Positions 17,893 through 27,440 of a stretch of DNA of 64,000 nucleotides are shown piece by piece. The notes below the pieces were generated by a model. It did no database searches. It was not told the DNA's origin and worked only from the letters and a program-made list of their open reading frames with translations. The stretch is from an uncultured Candidatus Bathyarchaeia archaeon (GTDB lineage Archaea > Thermoproteota > CALKCG01 > B24): NCBI GenBank assembly GCA_964568845.1, contig CAZMSC010000001.1, positions 32,520 through 96,519 of the forward strand. The letters are read 5' to 3'. A program made the position numbers and the translations under genes. Within the stretch, counting starts at the first letter, position 1. Every line of letters starts with the position of its first letter.

Positions 17893-18768
17893 TTGAAGGT
17901 GGGTGTTTTAACTAGAAATGAGTTTTCATGGTGTAGTCTTCAGCTTAAACAGGCTTTAAACAGTAGAGGCTGTGGATTTGAGTGCTTCAGTTTTAACGAT
18001 TTAACTGCCTACGTAGATTTTGAAAACGGTATACGCTTCAAGGGTAAACCCATTAAAGAACTTGATGCTATAATAGTTAGACCTATAGGTAGAGGATCGC
18101 TTGAAGAGATAATTTTCCGTATGGATCTATTAAGAGCTGTGGAGGGTCTGGGAGTATACGTGGTTAATAGGGCTGAAGCCATAGAGAAGGCCGTAGATAA
18201 ATACCTTTCACTCTTCCTATTGAAGAAGGCTGGACTACCAGTTCCGAGAACAATCGTGACTGAGAATCCAAGGGTTAGCTTAGAGGCGTTTAAAAAGTTT
18301 AATTCAAGGGTTGTTTTGAAGCCTATCTTCGGGTCGAGGGGTTTTGGAATAACGAGGGTTAGAAGCCGGCAAACGCTCTACCGTCTGGCAACCGTTCTAA
18401 GCTATTATCGCCATGTCGTCTACATGCAGGAGTATATTCCCCATGCTAGGGAAGACGTTAGAGCCTTCGTGGTTGGAGACGACGTTGTAGCGTCGATGCG
18501 TAGAGTCGGGGCTTCGTGGAGGACGAACATAGCTCAGGGAGGTAAACCGGAGCCCTACAATCTTCCTGAGGAGTTGAGGGAGGCTGTTTTAAAAGCGTGT
18601 AGTGTACTTGGGTGTGAAGTGGCTGGTGTAGACGTTTTAAATCCAAGCGGTGAATTCTGCATAAATGAGGTGAATAGTCAGCCGGACTGGAGAGGGCTAC
18701 AGAGCGTCTCAGAGGTGAATATAGCTGAAGCGATTGTAGACCACGTGGTATCAAAGGTTAAGCGCTAG
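17893..18768 (+). CDS. ATP-grasp RimK/LysX-family alpha-L-glutamate ligase (CofF/MptN-like candidate)
   Basis: ATP-grasp blocks VVLKPIFGSRGFGI, YMQEYI and AGVDVL. The track N-terminus (17692) overlaps the tRNA-Lys gene; TTG 17893 or GTG 17899 after GGGAGAG is preferred. Confidence 0.7.
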   Translation: MKVGVLTRNEFSWCSLQLKQALNSRGCGFECFSFNDLTAYVDFENGIRFKGKPIKELDAIIVRPIGRGSLEEIIFRMDLLRAVEGLGVYVVNRAEAIEKAVDKYLSLFLLKKAGLPVPRTIVTENPRVSLEAFKKFNSRVVLKPIFGSRGFGITRVRSRQTLYRLATVLSYYRHVVYMQEYIPHAREDVRAFVVGDDVVASMRRVGASWRTNIAQGGKPEPYNLPEELREAVLKACSVLGCEVAGVDVLNPSGEFCINEVNSQPDWRGLQSVSEVNIAEAIVDHVVSKVKR

Positions 18769-19520
18769 CGAAACAGATCTCCCTCTATAGGTCTCACAAG
18801 TTCTCTAGCCGAGCCTTCACCTCGGACTGGCTTAAAGCCTCTTATCACGGCTACAGGTATTCTCGAAAGTTTACCCATGACGAGCTCGGCTGCTGCCGCA
18901 AGCTCATCTGCTACGGCTATAGCTGTAACTTTAAGCGTATATCCATATGGATCGTTTAAACCCCTGTAGTCTATAGTGGGCTTCATGCCTGCTACTCCAA
19001 CCGCGAAATTGACTTGTCCAATACGCCAAGCCCTACCAAATGTATCGGATATTATGACCGCTACATCAACCCCCTTAATCTCCCTTATACGGTCTCTAAT
19101 CCTTTTAGCAGAGGCATCTGGGTCGACTGGCAGTAGTGAAACCGTGTCGTCGCCCGGTATGTTGGATTTATCCACTCCGGAGTTTGCGCATACAAATCCA
19201 TGTCTAGTCTCAGTTATTATATGTCCGTTTTTCACTCTGACCATACGCTTCGCCTCTCTGAGTATTAACTCCACAAGTCTAGGGTCCTTTCCCTCGGCTT
19301 CAGCGAGGTTGAGGGCGAAACTTGAGGGCGTAACATCTCTCAAGCGTACCAGCCTATTCTCAGCCTTCGACACTATCTTCTGAGATACTACTACAACGTC
19401 ATCATCCATTACCCCTACACCGCTTCTCTCAGCCGCTTCAACTATAAGCTTAGCTAGGTCATCATTAGGTTTGACTTCAGGAATACCTTCTAAACCGTAG
19501 ATACATATTTTGAGAGCCAT
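18765..19520 (-). CDS. cofE: Coenzyme F420-0:L-glutamate ligase (CofE)
   Basis: LEGIPEVKPNDDLAKLI...DDDVVVVSQKIVSKAENR and later CofE-like blocks. Confidence 0.8.
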   Translation of the reverse strand: MALKICIYGLEGIPEVKPNDDLAKLIVEAAERSGVGVMDDDVVVVSQKIVSKAENRLVRLRDVTPSSFALNLAEAEGKDPRLVELILREAKRMVRVKNGHIITETRHGFVCANSGVDKSNIPGDDTVSLLPVDPDASAKRIRDRIREIKGVDVAVIISDTFGRAWRIGQVNFAVGVAGMKPTIDYRGLNDPYGYTLKVTAIAVADELAAAAELVMGKLSRIPVAVIRGFKPVRGEGSARELVRPIEGDLFR

Positions 19521-19630
19521 TATAACACCTGAGCTATGAACAATTATAGTTTAAAAAGTTATTTCAAAAAGATTAATACGTTTAAAAGGGAGATTGTAAA
19601 CCATCAGTTAGATAGGGGGCTAAAACCGTC

Positions 19631-21187
19631 ATGGAGTTTAAACTTAAGGGAGAAGTTCAAGCGAGTGGGAGCCTGGAGGGTTTAAAAGAAGCCGTAGCCT
19701 CTTGGATTGATGAACTCAACAGGAAAGTTCTACTCAGAGGGGCTAAGTCTCCAAAAGAAGGTGCTAGGATATCCGACTGGAGGATTGAAGGGAGTAGATT
19801 GCTTCTCACAATAGAGTCTGGGAGAGCTGTTAGAGCCCATTCAGCCCTGTTAAGGGTTAGAAACTTCCTAGCGGATAAACTTGGACAGTATAGGTTAGGT
19901 GTAAGAGGCTTAAAAGCCGAGGAAGCTAAGATAATACTCAGCGATTCAACCGTATCTAGTGACGCTTTTAGAGGAGCTTTAGAAGGATTGGCCGAGGTTC
20001 AAACAGTTGAGGGGAAAACCGTAATAGTCTTCAAGGAGGTTAGCAGTAGAGATTTGGAAAAAGGTGTTATAGATAGGGTTCTGAAGAAGATCGAACCCAT
20101 GCTTGCTCCAGTAGGCGTGGCAGTGAAGCCCGAAAAACCGACGTATGTTCCAATGGGATACGTGATCAAAGAATCGGCTAGGAAGGACGTTAAATTCAAC
20201 GGAGATGTTTCAGAGTGGGCTGAAAAACTCAACTGGATTAAAAGATACCCTGGAAGGGGACAGTGGATTTTAACGGCGCCAATAACCGCTTTAATCAACC
20301 TCATAATGGACATGATAGTGGATGATGTTTTAAAGCCCATGGGTTTCAAAGAGTGGATGCTTCCCAAATTGACACCTCTCCAAGTTATGGCTAAAATGCC
20401 CGGCTATTTCGACAACCTCGCAGAAGGTATGCTCTACGTTTTCACACCGGAGCGGGAGGAAGAGGCTTTGAAAGACTTTAAACGTAGGTTTTCGCTCACA
20501 GGTGAACTAGACCTTGAATCTTTAAAGATGGAGCTTAGCGGTCCAAACTATGTCCTAGAGCCAGCCCAATGTACACCCTTTTACCAGTTCTTCTCAGGTG
20601 AAATCGTAAACTTAGACGATCTACCGATTAAGATATTCGATAGAAGCGGTTGGACATGGAGGTGGGAGGGGAAAGCTACTAGAGGACTCGAAAGGACTAT
20701 CGAGTTCTATAGGATAGAGGCTGTTTGGCTATCAAGCCCCGAAGAAGCCGTTGAAATACGCGATGAATTGGCTGAGGAATCTATGGAGCTTGCGGATAAA
20801 AAGCTCGATTTAGAAGTTAGAATTGTTGTAGGTGCGCCATTCTACATGAGCAGTGATGAAGCTTCTAAGACATACGTTGACATATCCAGTAGCGATAAGA
20901 TTCCTACCCTCGACTTGGAGGCATGGCTTCCCTACAGAGGCCCTAGGGAAGGTTCTGAATGGCTTGAAATAGGAGGAGCCTTCTCATGCCACAGAGACAA
21001 ATATGTAAAAAGCTTTAAGATAAAGGAGGCTAAGGGTAGAGACATATGGACTGGATGCTCAGGCTTCGGCGTAACCCGATGGATTACAGCTTTTCTAGCT
21101 CAGAAAGGCTTCAACTTAGATGATTGGCCTAGTGAAGTTAAGCGTAGAATTGGAGAATTACCTAAACCAGTTAAAACAATTACCTGA
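19631..21187 (+). CDS. serS: Seryl-tRNA synthetase, atypical methanogen-type (type 2)
   Basis: 518 aa. Colinear by recall with Methanosarcina barkeri SerRS: GRGQWILTAP, IKIFDRSGWTWRWEG...IEFYRIEAVW, WLPYRGP and WTGCSGFGVTRWITAFLAQKGFNLDDWPSEVKRRIGELPKP. Confidence 0.8.
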   Translation: MEFKLKGEVQASGSLEGLKEAVASWIDELNRKVLLRGAKSPKEGARISDWRIEGSRLLLTIESGRAVRAHSALLRVRNFLADKLGQYRLGVRGLKAEEAKIILSDSTVSSDAFRGALEGLAEVQTVEGKTVIVFKEVSSRDLEKGVIDRVLKKIEPMLAPVGVAVKPEKPTYVPMGYVIKESARKDVKFNGDVSEWAEKLNWIKRYPGRGQWILTAPITALINLIMDMIVDDVLKPMGFKEWMLPKLTPLQVMAKMPGYFDNLAEGMLYVFTPEREEEALKDFKRRFSLTGELDLESLKMELSGPNYVLEPAQCTPFYQFFSGEIVNLDDLPIKIFDRSGWTWRWEGKATRGLERTIEFYRIEAVWLSSPEEAVEIRDELAEESMELADKKLDLEVRIVVGAPFYMSSDEASKTYVDISSSDKIPTLDLEAWLPYRGPREGSEWLEIGGAFSCHRDKYVKSFKIKEAKGRDIWTGCSGFGVTRWITAFLAQKGFNLDDWPSEVKRRIGELPKPVKTIT

Positions 21188-21211
21188 CTTGAATACTGTT
21201 TCTCCGTTACA

Positions 21212-21694
21212 CTATTGTATGGTTACTCCGAACTCTTCCTTCAAAACCCGTAAAACGAGCATTGTCACCGTGTTTTTAACACCAGGTATAGCGCCGACTT
21301 GATCTATCACCCTGGTAAGCTCCCCCTTATCTCCAACTTTAACATCTATCAGAGCTGAGAATTCACCCGTTACGTCATAAATGCCGCACACCCCGTTTAT
21401 TTCACTGAGTTTCTTCAAAATGCTTTCATACAGCGATGGATCTGCCTGTAATCCTATGAAGGCTCTAATCGGCAATCCGACTTTCTCCGGGTCGAGTATC
21501 GTGTAAAAGCCTTTTATAACGCCTTCCTCAATTAGTTTTTTCACCCTTAGATGGATAGTACCTTCGCTCACACCGAGCTGTTTAGCTATTTTTACAAAGC
21601 TTATCCTAGCGTCTTTCTGAAGGAAATTTAAGATCTTCTTGTCTAAAGTGTCAAGATTCATAATTTTCTCGATAACATTTTTCAAAGTCCTCAC
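21212..21694 (-). CDS. Lrp/AsnC family transcriptional regulator
   Basis: LDKKILNFLQKDARISFVKIAKQLGVSEGTIHLRVKKL HTH plus a C-terminal RAM-like domain. Confidence 0.85.
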   Translation of the reverse strand: MRTLKNVIEKIMNLDTLDKKILNFLQKDARISFVKIAKQLGVSEGTIHLRVKKLIEEGVIKGFYTILDPEKVGLPIRAFIGLQADPSLYESILKKLSEINGVCGIYDVTGEFSALIDVKVGDKGELTRVIDQVGAIPGVKNTVTMLVLRVLKEEFGVTIQ

Positions 21695-21710
21695 ATATAT
21701 ACCTTAACAG

Positions 21711-22391
21711 TTGAGGGGTTTAGAAGACTGGGTTAAACGCGAGGTTTTGAAAACGCTACTAAGGATTAAGCGGTCTGAAGAGTGGAGTTTGACTAAACTT
21801 AGCGAAGAAGCCAATATGCCAGTTGAAGTCGTCAAAAACGTCTTGATGGAGGTGGCAGATTTTGTCACCGTGAAAGACGATGCCATCAGCATAGCCGGAT
21901 GCGGCAAGGTTCAAATCGCCGTACTCTGTCTCAATTTAGGCGCAGACCCATCATACATTTCTAGGCATTTAGACTGGAGAGAGTTTGAAGGGTTTACAGC
22001 GACAATTGTGGATGCATATGGATATGCCGTCTATAAGAATTACAGGTTTAAAAGTGTGAATAGACGTTGGGAGATAGATGTACTGGCCATAAAAAAGCCG
22101 GTTTTACTATGTTTAAACTGTAAGCATTTCCTCAAGCAACGCTGGGCTTCTCTGAGGAAGGCGGCTTTGGAAGAACTTGAAAGGGCTGAAGCTTTAAAGC
22201 AGGCTCTTCCAAGGTTAAAATTGGAGTCTAAACCATCTGAAGGGTGGAAGATTCTGCCAGCATTAGTAACGCTGATCGCACCAAAGTCTAAAGTTTACGA
22301 TAAAATTCCAATAGTTAGGATAACAGAGCTTGGAAATTTCCTCGAAGAGTTAGCCTTATACACCGATTCGTTAAGGTTTTTACAGGTTTAA
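21711..22391 (+). CDS. wHTH plus restriction-endonuclease-like (Mrr_cat-type) domain protein
   Basis: FEGFTATIVDAYGYAVYKNYRF...RRWEIDVLAIKKPVLLCLNCKH fits a PD-(D/E)xK core; TTG start, so the exact start is uncertain. Confidence 0.4.
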   Translation: MRGLEDWVKREVLKTLLRIKRSEEWSLTKLSEEANMPVEVVKNVLMEVADFVTVKDDAISIAGCGKVQIAVLCLNLGADPSYISRHLDWREFEGFTATIVDAYGYAVYKNYRFKSVNRRWEIDVLAIKKPVLLCLNCKHFLKQRWASLRKAALEELERAEALKQALPRLKLESKPSEGWKILPALVTLIAPKSKVYDKIPIVRITELGNFLEELALYTDSLRFLQV

Positions 22392-22437
22392 ACATAGGGC
22401 GTTCTACATTTGGCGATAGTGATTTCCCTCGCGTTTA

Positions 22438-22467
22438 ACCCCTTATTTTTTATTTTTACATTATTGG
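22438..22467 (+). promoter_or_regulatory. Promoter-like module CCCC-TTATTTTT-N-ATTATTGG (copy A), preceded by GATTTCCCTCGC box at 22421
   Basis: TTATTTTT begins at 22443 and the conserved ATTATTGG ends about 23 nt downstream, which is TATA-to-TSS spacing. Paralogous copies lie at 26754-26783 and 27456-27487. Confidence 0.35.
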
Positions 22468-22731
22468 CTTAAGTCTATCCCCTTCACACGCCTGCTCACC
22501 CTCGAGTATGTGTAGCTTGGGCTGTAGCAGTGGAACCCCCTGTTGTAGCACCATATTATCCTAAGCCCGTTGCCAGTCAACCTTTTATGCTTGTGTAGTC
22601 ATAGCAGACTAAGGCTGAAGGAACTATGGAAAAACCGCTAAAGGAAGGTATACCAAAAGAGGAGAGGAAGATCGTATAACTCGTGCTCCTCTGTTAAGAT
22701 GTGGCCGTGATAGGCTGAGGGTAAGACTTAA

Positions 22732-23037
22732 ATGTTTTTCATTTTTCATCTATTTATTAAATTAATTTTTATTTTTATTCCTACTGCACCGAGACCGTCA
22801 GATGTAGATTTTAAGCCGTCTGGTGTAGGAGTTAGCATCCGCCCTTGTTATAGGGTTGTTTTGAAGAAAGGTCTTAACGGATGGATCCTTGCAAAGTGTG
22901 TTGATGTTAAAGGTGCCGTCTCACAGGGGAGAAACTTGGAGGAGGCAGTTAGAAAGGCTATATCAGCCATATTAGAGGATATCTACGGCGAGGAGAGAAT
23001 TTTCAATACTCGTACGGGAAGAAATATGAATGCCTAG
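22732..23037 (+). pseudogene. HicB-like (UPF0150) antitoxin-fold protein lacking a credible native start
   Basis: YRVVLKKGLNGWILAKCVDVKGAVSQGRNLEEAVRKAISAILE matches the HicB N-terminal fold pattern. No ATG/GTG/TTG lies near it; the only in-frame start gives a low-complexity F/I-rich leader. Confidence 0.4.
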
Positions 23038-23070
23038 ACTTCCTGAGCAGAATATAGAAAAGTGGAGGTG

Positions 23071-23868
23071 TTACCATATGGTGTATCCGCCGTCGACTAC
23101 TAGATCATGGCCTGTGATGTAGTTTGCGGCATCTGAGGCTAGGAAGAGTGTGGCTCCGACTATGTCTATGGGTCTTGCAAAGCGTCCTAGGGGGATTAGG
23201 GATTTCCAATACTCGGCATACTCAGGTTTATTCTTAAGCAGGTTCTCGACTAGAGGGGTTAAGGTGTACCCTGGGCTGATGCTGTTAACGTTCACATTAT
23301 ATTTAGCCCATTCAGCAGCCAAGCTTTTAGTGAGCATTATAACTCCCGCCTTTGAAACGTTATAATGGGTTTGAGGTTGAGGTCTATTTACGATTCTGCC
23401 CGACATTGAGGCTATATTTATGATCTTGCCGTACCTCTGCTTTATCATGTGGCGGCCTACTGCTTGGCACATGAGGAAGACGCTCTTCAGGTTCACCGTG
23501 ATCATTCTATCCCAATATTCTTCACTCATTTCTTCAGCGGGACACCATTGAGCTATACCGTGGCAGTTTACGAGTATGTCTATGCGGCCGAAGGAGTCGA
23601 GAACCCTATTGACTGCGGATTCAACCTGCTTCGCATCGCAGAGGTCTGCGGGGACGGCTAGAATTCTCACTGGGAAGATTTTTTCCAGTTTTTCCTTGAG
23701 AACTTCTATGCCCTCAGCATTTACATCAACGAGGGCTACATCCGCGCAGAATTCGGCGAAGCCGAATGCCATAGCGCTACCTATCCCCCCTCCAGCACCA
23801 GTTATAATGGCCTTTTTCCCCTCCAATGTAAACATCTTCCTTATAGATTCAAATGCACTAGATGTCAT
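23071..23868 (-). CDS. Short-chain dehydrogenase/reductase (SDR) family oxidoreductase
   Basis: TGAGGGIG cofactor motif, NIASMSG, and YNVSKAG (YxxxK). Confidence 0.85.
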   Translation of the reverse strand: MTSSAFESIRKMFTLEGKKAIITGAGGGIGSAMAFGFAEFCADVALVDVNAEGIEVLKEKLEKIFPVRILAVPADLCDAKQVESAVNRVLDSFGRIDILVNCHGIAQWCPAEEMSEEYWDRMITVNLKSVFLMCQAVGRHMIKQRYGKIINIASMSGRIVNRPQPQTHYNVSKAGVIMLTKSLAAEWAKYNVNVNSISPGYTLTPLVENLLKNKPEYAEYWKSLIPLGRFARPIDIVGATLFLASDAANYITGHDLVVDGGYTIW

Positions 23869-24305
23869 ATCAACCCTCGGGAATCAATTTCATAAGAGCA
23901 TAAATTTAATAATTTTCACAATAACTGCACACGTGCTAAATGTATCTCCTCAGGGTGAGTTCTCTAATCCTCTCAAGGAGTTTTACAGCTTCTTCTTCAC
24001 GAACAGCTTCATCTTTCTTCAAACGCCTTATTGTCGAGGTTTGCTTCATAGAAGTGTTCGTGAAAGACCTGTGTCTTATCGAGTAAGTCTCTAAACAATG
24101 CTTTATATTTCTCCTCAGCTTAGCCCTTATCTCATCTACATCGTACGCTGAATCCCCATAAATCCCCCAGGCTCAAGTGGAAGGAAGGCTGAAATAACAC
24201 CCCACTCAATATCAGTTAACTCAAGAAACTCCATAAACAAAAAATGAGCAACAGAAGACTTAAATTTGAAGACACCTCAACAATTTTTGGTTCCAAAAAG
24301 TAGAG

Positions 24306-26306
24306 TTGGGAGGGTTTTTGAAGACGCTTTCTCCATTAGAAGAGCAAACATTGTTGAACTATTTGCTCCCCCTACCGAAACACATCGAAGTTAGGGGTAT
24401 GACAAGAATACCCTTAAAAATGCTGGTGTTGCATCTGCCGAAAAATAAAACATTGATTGGTGAGCAGGTTGCTGAGGAATTTTGTGAATTGTTCGGTAAA
24501 GTCGGGGCCCCCTTAACAGTAAAATGGTCGCTTGCTTGGAATTACACCGCTATTTTAGCGTTGGAGAGCGTTGAGATAGATGAAAGTTGGTGTTATGATA
24601 GGAGCGAGGTCCGCCAACATAACTTGGAGCAGGTGCCTACTGGAGAGCAAGCGTACGGCATCGTCACAAGAGAAAGAGAACGATGGGAAGGTGCTGCAAT
24701 GTATGCCTTTAGCGACGCTGGGCTTTATTACGCTGCGAAAACTTTGAAGCAACTAATCGCACCACACATTAGCGGAAACGGGGAGGAGGCAGCGGTTCTC
24801 ATTCCTAAGATACTTATCGTAGATTATCCTGATCTGCCAGAGCGAGGATTATGGGGTAACTACGCCATTAACTACATACCCTGGCTTGCGGAACGCAAAC
24901 TAAATCTCCTCGAAATTCATTGCTCCCTAACAGTGGATGAAAACGGTAATGGACATGCCGCCCTCGACCCTAAAGTTATCACATTAGCGAAGCGGCATGC
25001 GATTAAACTTGTACCAATAATCAGGCATCTTGACCAGCTTGAACTCACAGGGATTTTCAAACGCTATCCAAATATCGTGGCAAAGGGCGACCCTGAAAAG
25101 TGGCCTAAATGGAACGGTATAAAACCAATATGTTTTGCGCAGGAGGAGGCGCAAAAGGTGCTTGCTGACTGGATGATGGACTTAGCAAAGATAGAGGATG
25201 TTAACGCTGTAACGGTTTGGCTTAGCGAGTCACCAGTACAGTGCGAGTGCGATATTTGCCGGAAGAATAATCAGTTTGTTATGGAGACGCGCGCTTGCCT
25301 TCGCGCTTGGCAGAAGGTACGGAAGATAAAACCGCAACTTGAATTGCGCATCTTACTCACGCAGGGAAGCTATCCATATAACGAGCTTGTGCTTCGCGAA
25401 GTGCCTGGGGACGTTCACGTTATTTATTATCACGGCGGTTTAACTTATAGCAGTTCACACAAACCAATGATCTATCCATTACTCGAGGGCTTCGTGAAGC
25501 AAGGAAATTGGCTCGGAGTCTGCCCGCAATTGACATCCTCGTGGAGAACCGTAAGTCCATTTAGCGGAGCACACTTCATCCACGAGCGAATAGAGGAGTT
25601 CATCAATAAAGGCTTAAAGTGCCTTTACGGATATGCCACGCCATCCGTTAAATGCTGGGAGTTCAACTTGAATGCTTCCGCTGAATGGTCATGGAATTTA
25701 AATGGCAGAACAACCCGCGAATTCGCTATCGCCTGGGCAACACGAGAAGAGTTCAAAAAGCCAGATTTAGTTGCTGAGTGGTCAGAGACTATTGGCCCAG
25801 TCAGTTGGGATGTTTATGCCTGCGGTGTTCCATATCCCTGGTTCTTTGGTGGAATCGGTAGGCTGCTAAGAGAGCGAAGGGTTATCAAGCCCGGTGAGGG
25901 GTCGCTCGCTGAAATACCAACGGATGAGCACTTACAAAACGACATTGCGAGAGCAGAGAGGGCCCTAAAAATAGCAAAGCAGATCAATGATGAGCGATTG
26001 ATTGCCGAAAGCATGGTTATCTTAGGTTATCTAAAAATTCTTTCGACGCTTCCTGAAATTTCATCAGCGGTGGCGAGGATAGATGGAGGCGAAGAATTAA
26101 CGAGCAACGAGAAAGAGCGTATCACAAAGTTGATTGAGCAAGTGAAGGAAGGCGCGCAGTTAATCAAACAGTCACTTTGGGATTGGATAAAGAAATGCGA
26201 TCCCTCATTCGCCACTCATCCACCGCAGCGTTTCATTGACACTGTCAATGTTGTTGAGCAAAACGCTAACGAAATTATAGAAGCAGTTGAGGCAATGCTT
26301 TTATGA
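24306..26306 (+). CDS. Glycoside hydrolase family 20-like (beta-N-acetylhexosaminidase-like) protein with extended C-terminal helical region
   Basis: GH20 N-domain/catalytic junction pattern: AFSDAGLYYAAKTLKQLI ... ILIVDYPDLPERGLWGN, followed by a TIM-barrel-like region. TTG start is uncertain. Confidence 0.5.
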   Translation: MGGFLKTLSPLEEQTLLNYLLPLPKHIEVRGMTRIPLKMLVLHLPKNKTLIGEQVAEEFCELFGKVGAPLTVKWSLAWNYTAILALESVEIDESWCYDRSEVRQHNLEQVPTGEQAYGIVTRERERWEGAAMYAFSDAGLYYAAKTLKQLIAPHISGNGEEAAVLIPKILIVDYPDLPERGLWGNYAINYIPWLAERKLNLLEIHCSLTVDENGNGHAALDPKVITLAKRHAIKLVPIIRHLDQLELTGIFKRYPNIVAKGDPEKWPKWNGIKPICFAQEEAQKVLADWMMDLAKIEDVNAVTVWLSESPVQCECDICRKNNQFVMETRACLRAWQKVRKIKPQLELRILLTQGSYPYNELVLREVPGDVHVIYYHGGLTYSSSHKPMIYPLLEGFVKQGNWLGVCPQLTSSWRTVSPFSGAHFIHERIEEFINKGLKCLYGYATPSVKCWEFNLNASAEWSWNLNGRTTREFAIAWATREEFKKPDLVAEWSETIGPVSWDVYACGVPYPWFFGGIGRLLRERRVIKPGEGSLAEIPTDEHLQNDIARAERALKIAKQINDERLIAESMVILGYLKILSTLPEISSAVARIDGGEELTSNEKERITKLIEQVKEGAQLIKQSLWDWIKKCDPSFATHPPQRFIDTVNVVEQNANEIIEAVEAMLL

Positions 26307-26365
26307 CTCATCAATAAACGTTGAAAAGAACTCTATTTGAGTTTCTATCGAGGCGGCCCCCTATT

Positions 26366-26597
26366 GGATCGAACCGAAAACTCCTCGACTTCGAGAACCT
26401 GCTTCATGTGAACTATCATGCACAGTCGACAACATATCCGAGGCGAGTTTCCCCTTAATATGAAACGTAAGGGCATCAAAAACACTCTGGTCTACGTCCA
26501 GATTGAACAGGCAATTTTTAAGGGAAGTATCATCTGTAAGTCGGCGGGAAATGCAGAGGAGGCTAAAGCTGAAGTATGCCAGGTTATTGTAATTTAG
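26366..26597 (+). pseudogene. Tyrosine recombinase (integrase) C-terminal remnant, frame-disrupted
   Basis: 26460-26597 reads MKRKGIKNTLVYVQIEQAIFKGSIICKSAGNAEEAKAEV.... This fits the G-H-x-x-I-x-x-T-x-x-Y box II region plus the archaeal integrase tail (xxCKxAxxxEEA). The upstream piece is in another frame and the FEYV...FRKRK end is missing. Confidence 0.4.
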
Positions 26598-26753
26598 AGT
26601 TTCTGTATTACGTCTTTCGCTTTTAATAAGATTATTGTGGATATACTCATGTTTCACGCTAAGCTTCTATGAAAGCCTTCACAGTAGGATACGCTCTAGA
26701 AATCTTAACAACATTAGTAAGCTTCATACCATTCCCACGCACATTCTAAACAT

Positions 26754-26783
26754 CCCCACTTATTTTTCCCTAGTATTTATTGG
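26754..26783 (+). promoter_or_regulatory. Promoter-like module CCCCACTTATTTTT-N-ATTTATTGG (copy E)
   Basis: Same architecture and spacing as the copies at 22438 and 27456; lies upstream of the 26829 ORF. Confidence 0.3.
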
Positions 26784-26828
26784 AGATGTCGTCTTTTTCG
26801 ATGGTCGTTCAGTCCAGCACGGGTATGT

Positions 26829-27365
26829 GTGAAGACTTCACAGATGGTAATAGCAATTGCAAGTGAAATTTCATCGGAGCTTGGCAAGAAGAGGGGGTTA
26901 AACCATCCCGATTTGGCTAGAAATGTAGGTTTTCTTACGGCTTTCGGTCGTTTAAAACGAATTAAAGAGCAGATACCTTCCACGTTTTACGTAGACCTTG
27001 ACTGGCTTTTAGAGGCTTTGAAGTCGAATTCAAACACGCTAATTCAATATATAGGTAGTCTTCCCGAAGTCGAATCAAAGATAACAGCTATGAGGGGGTT
27101 CGGCTCTAAAGCTACCCAGTATAGTGAAAAAGCCAAGCAGTACATTCAGTAGTTCAACCTCACTTCTAATAATATCCCCATATTGATCCAATTCATGATG
27201 AAGTTGAACAGCATGAAATACAGCGGCTCTAAAGAGGAGCATGCCTTGAAAATACTTAAAGAATACAAGACCATGTATAGCAGGGGGTTAACTGAGGAGG
27301 CACGTATAGGACTGCATAATTGCTTTGAAAAGCTGGCTCAAGATTGGGTTGAAGGCAAATTGTAA
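26829..27365 (+). pseudogene. Hypothetical protein interrupted by one in-frame TAG (27150-27152); track ORFs 26829..27152 and 27183..27365 share a frame
   Basis: Both ORFs start at coordinates divisible by 3, and only the TAG separates ...AKQYIQ from FNLTSNNIPILIQFMMKL... Confidence 0.4.
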
Positions 27366-27440
27366 AGACATTAACTCAGGCCTCTTAAAGAATCATGTCA
27401 AATCTGATGCTAGTATGCTATTTAAATATTAACAGCTAGG

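Noticed and set aside
22392-22731. The 340-nt ORF-free region as RNase P RNA or SRP RNA
   Set aside because: I could not find the universal RNase P blocks (GAGGAAAGUCC-type CR-I, ACAGAA-type CR-IV) or the SRP helix-8 GGAAG/AGCA motifs. It remains an unassigned structured region.
23936-24172. Minus-strand stop-to-stop frame with IYGDSAYDVDEIRAKL as a DDE transposase pseudogene feature
   Set aside because: The similarity is limited to one short motif recalled from IS4/IS5 families, with no start codon and no other DDE blocks. It is mentioned only as supporting context for the island, not annotated.
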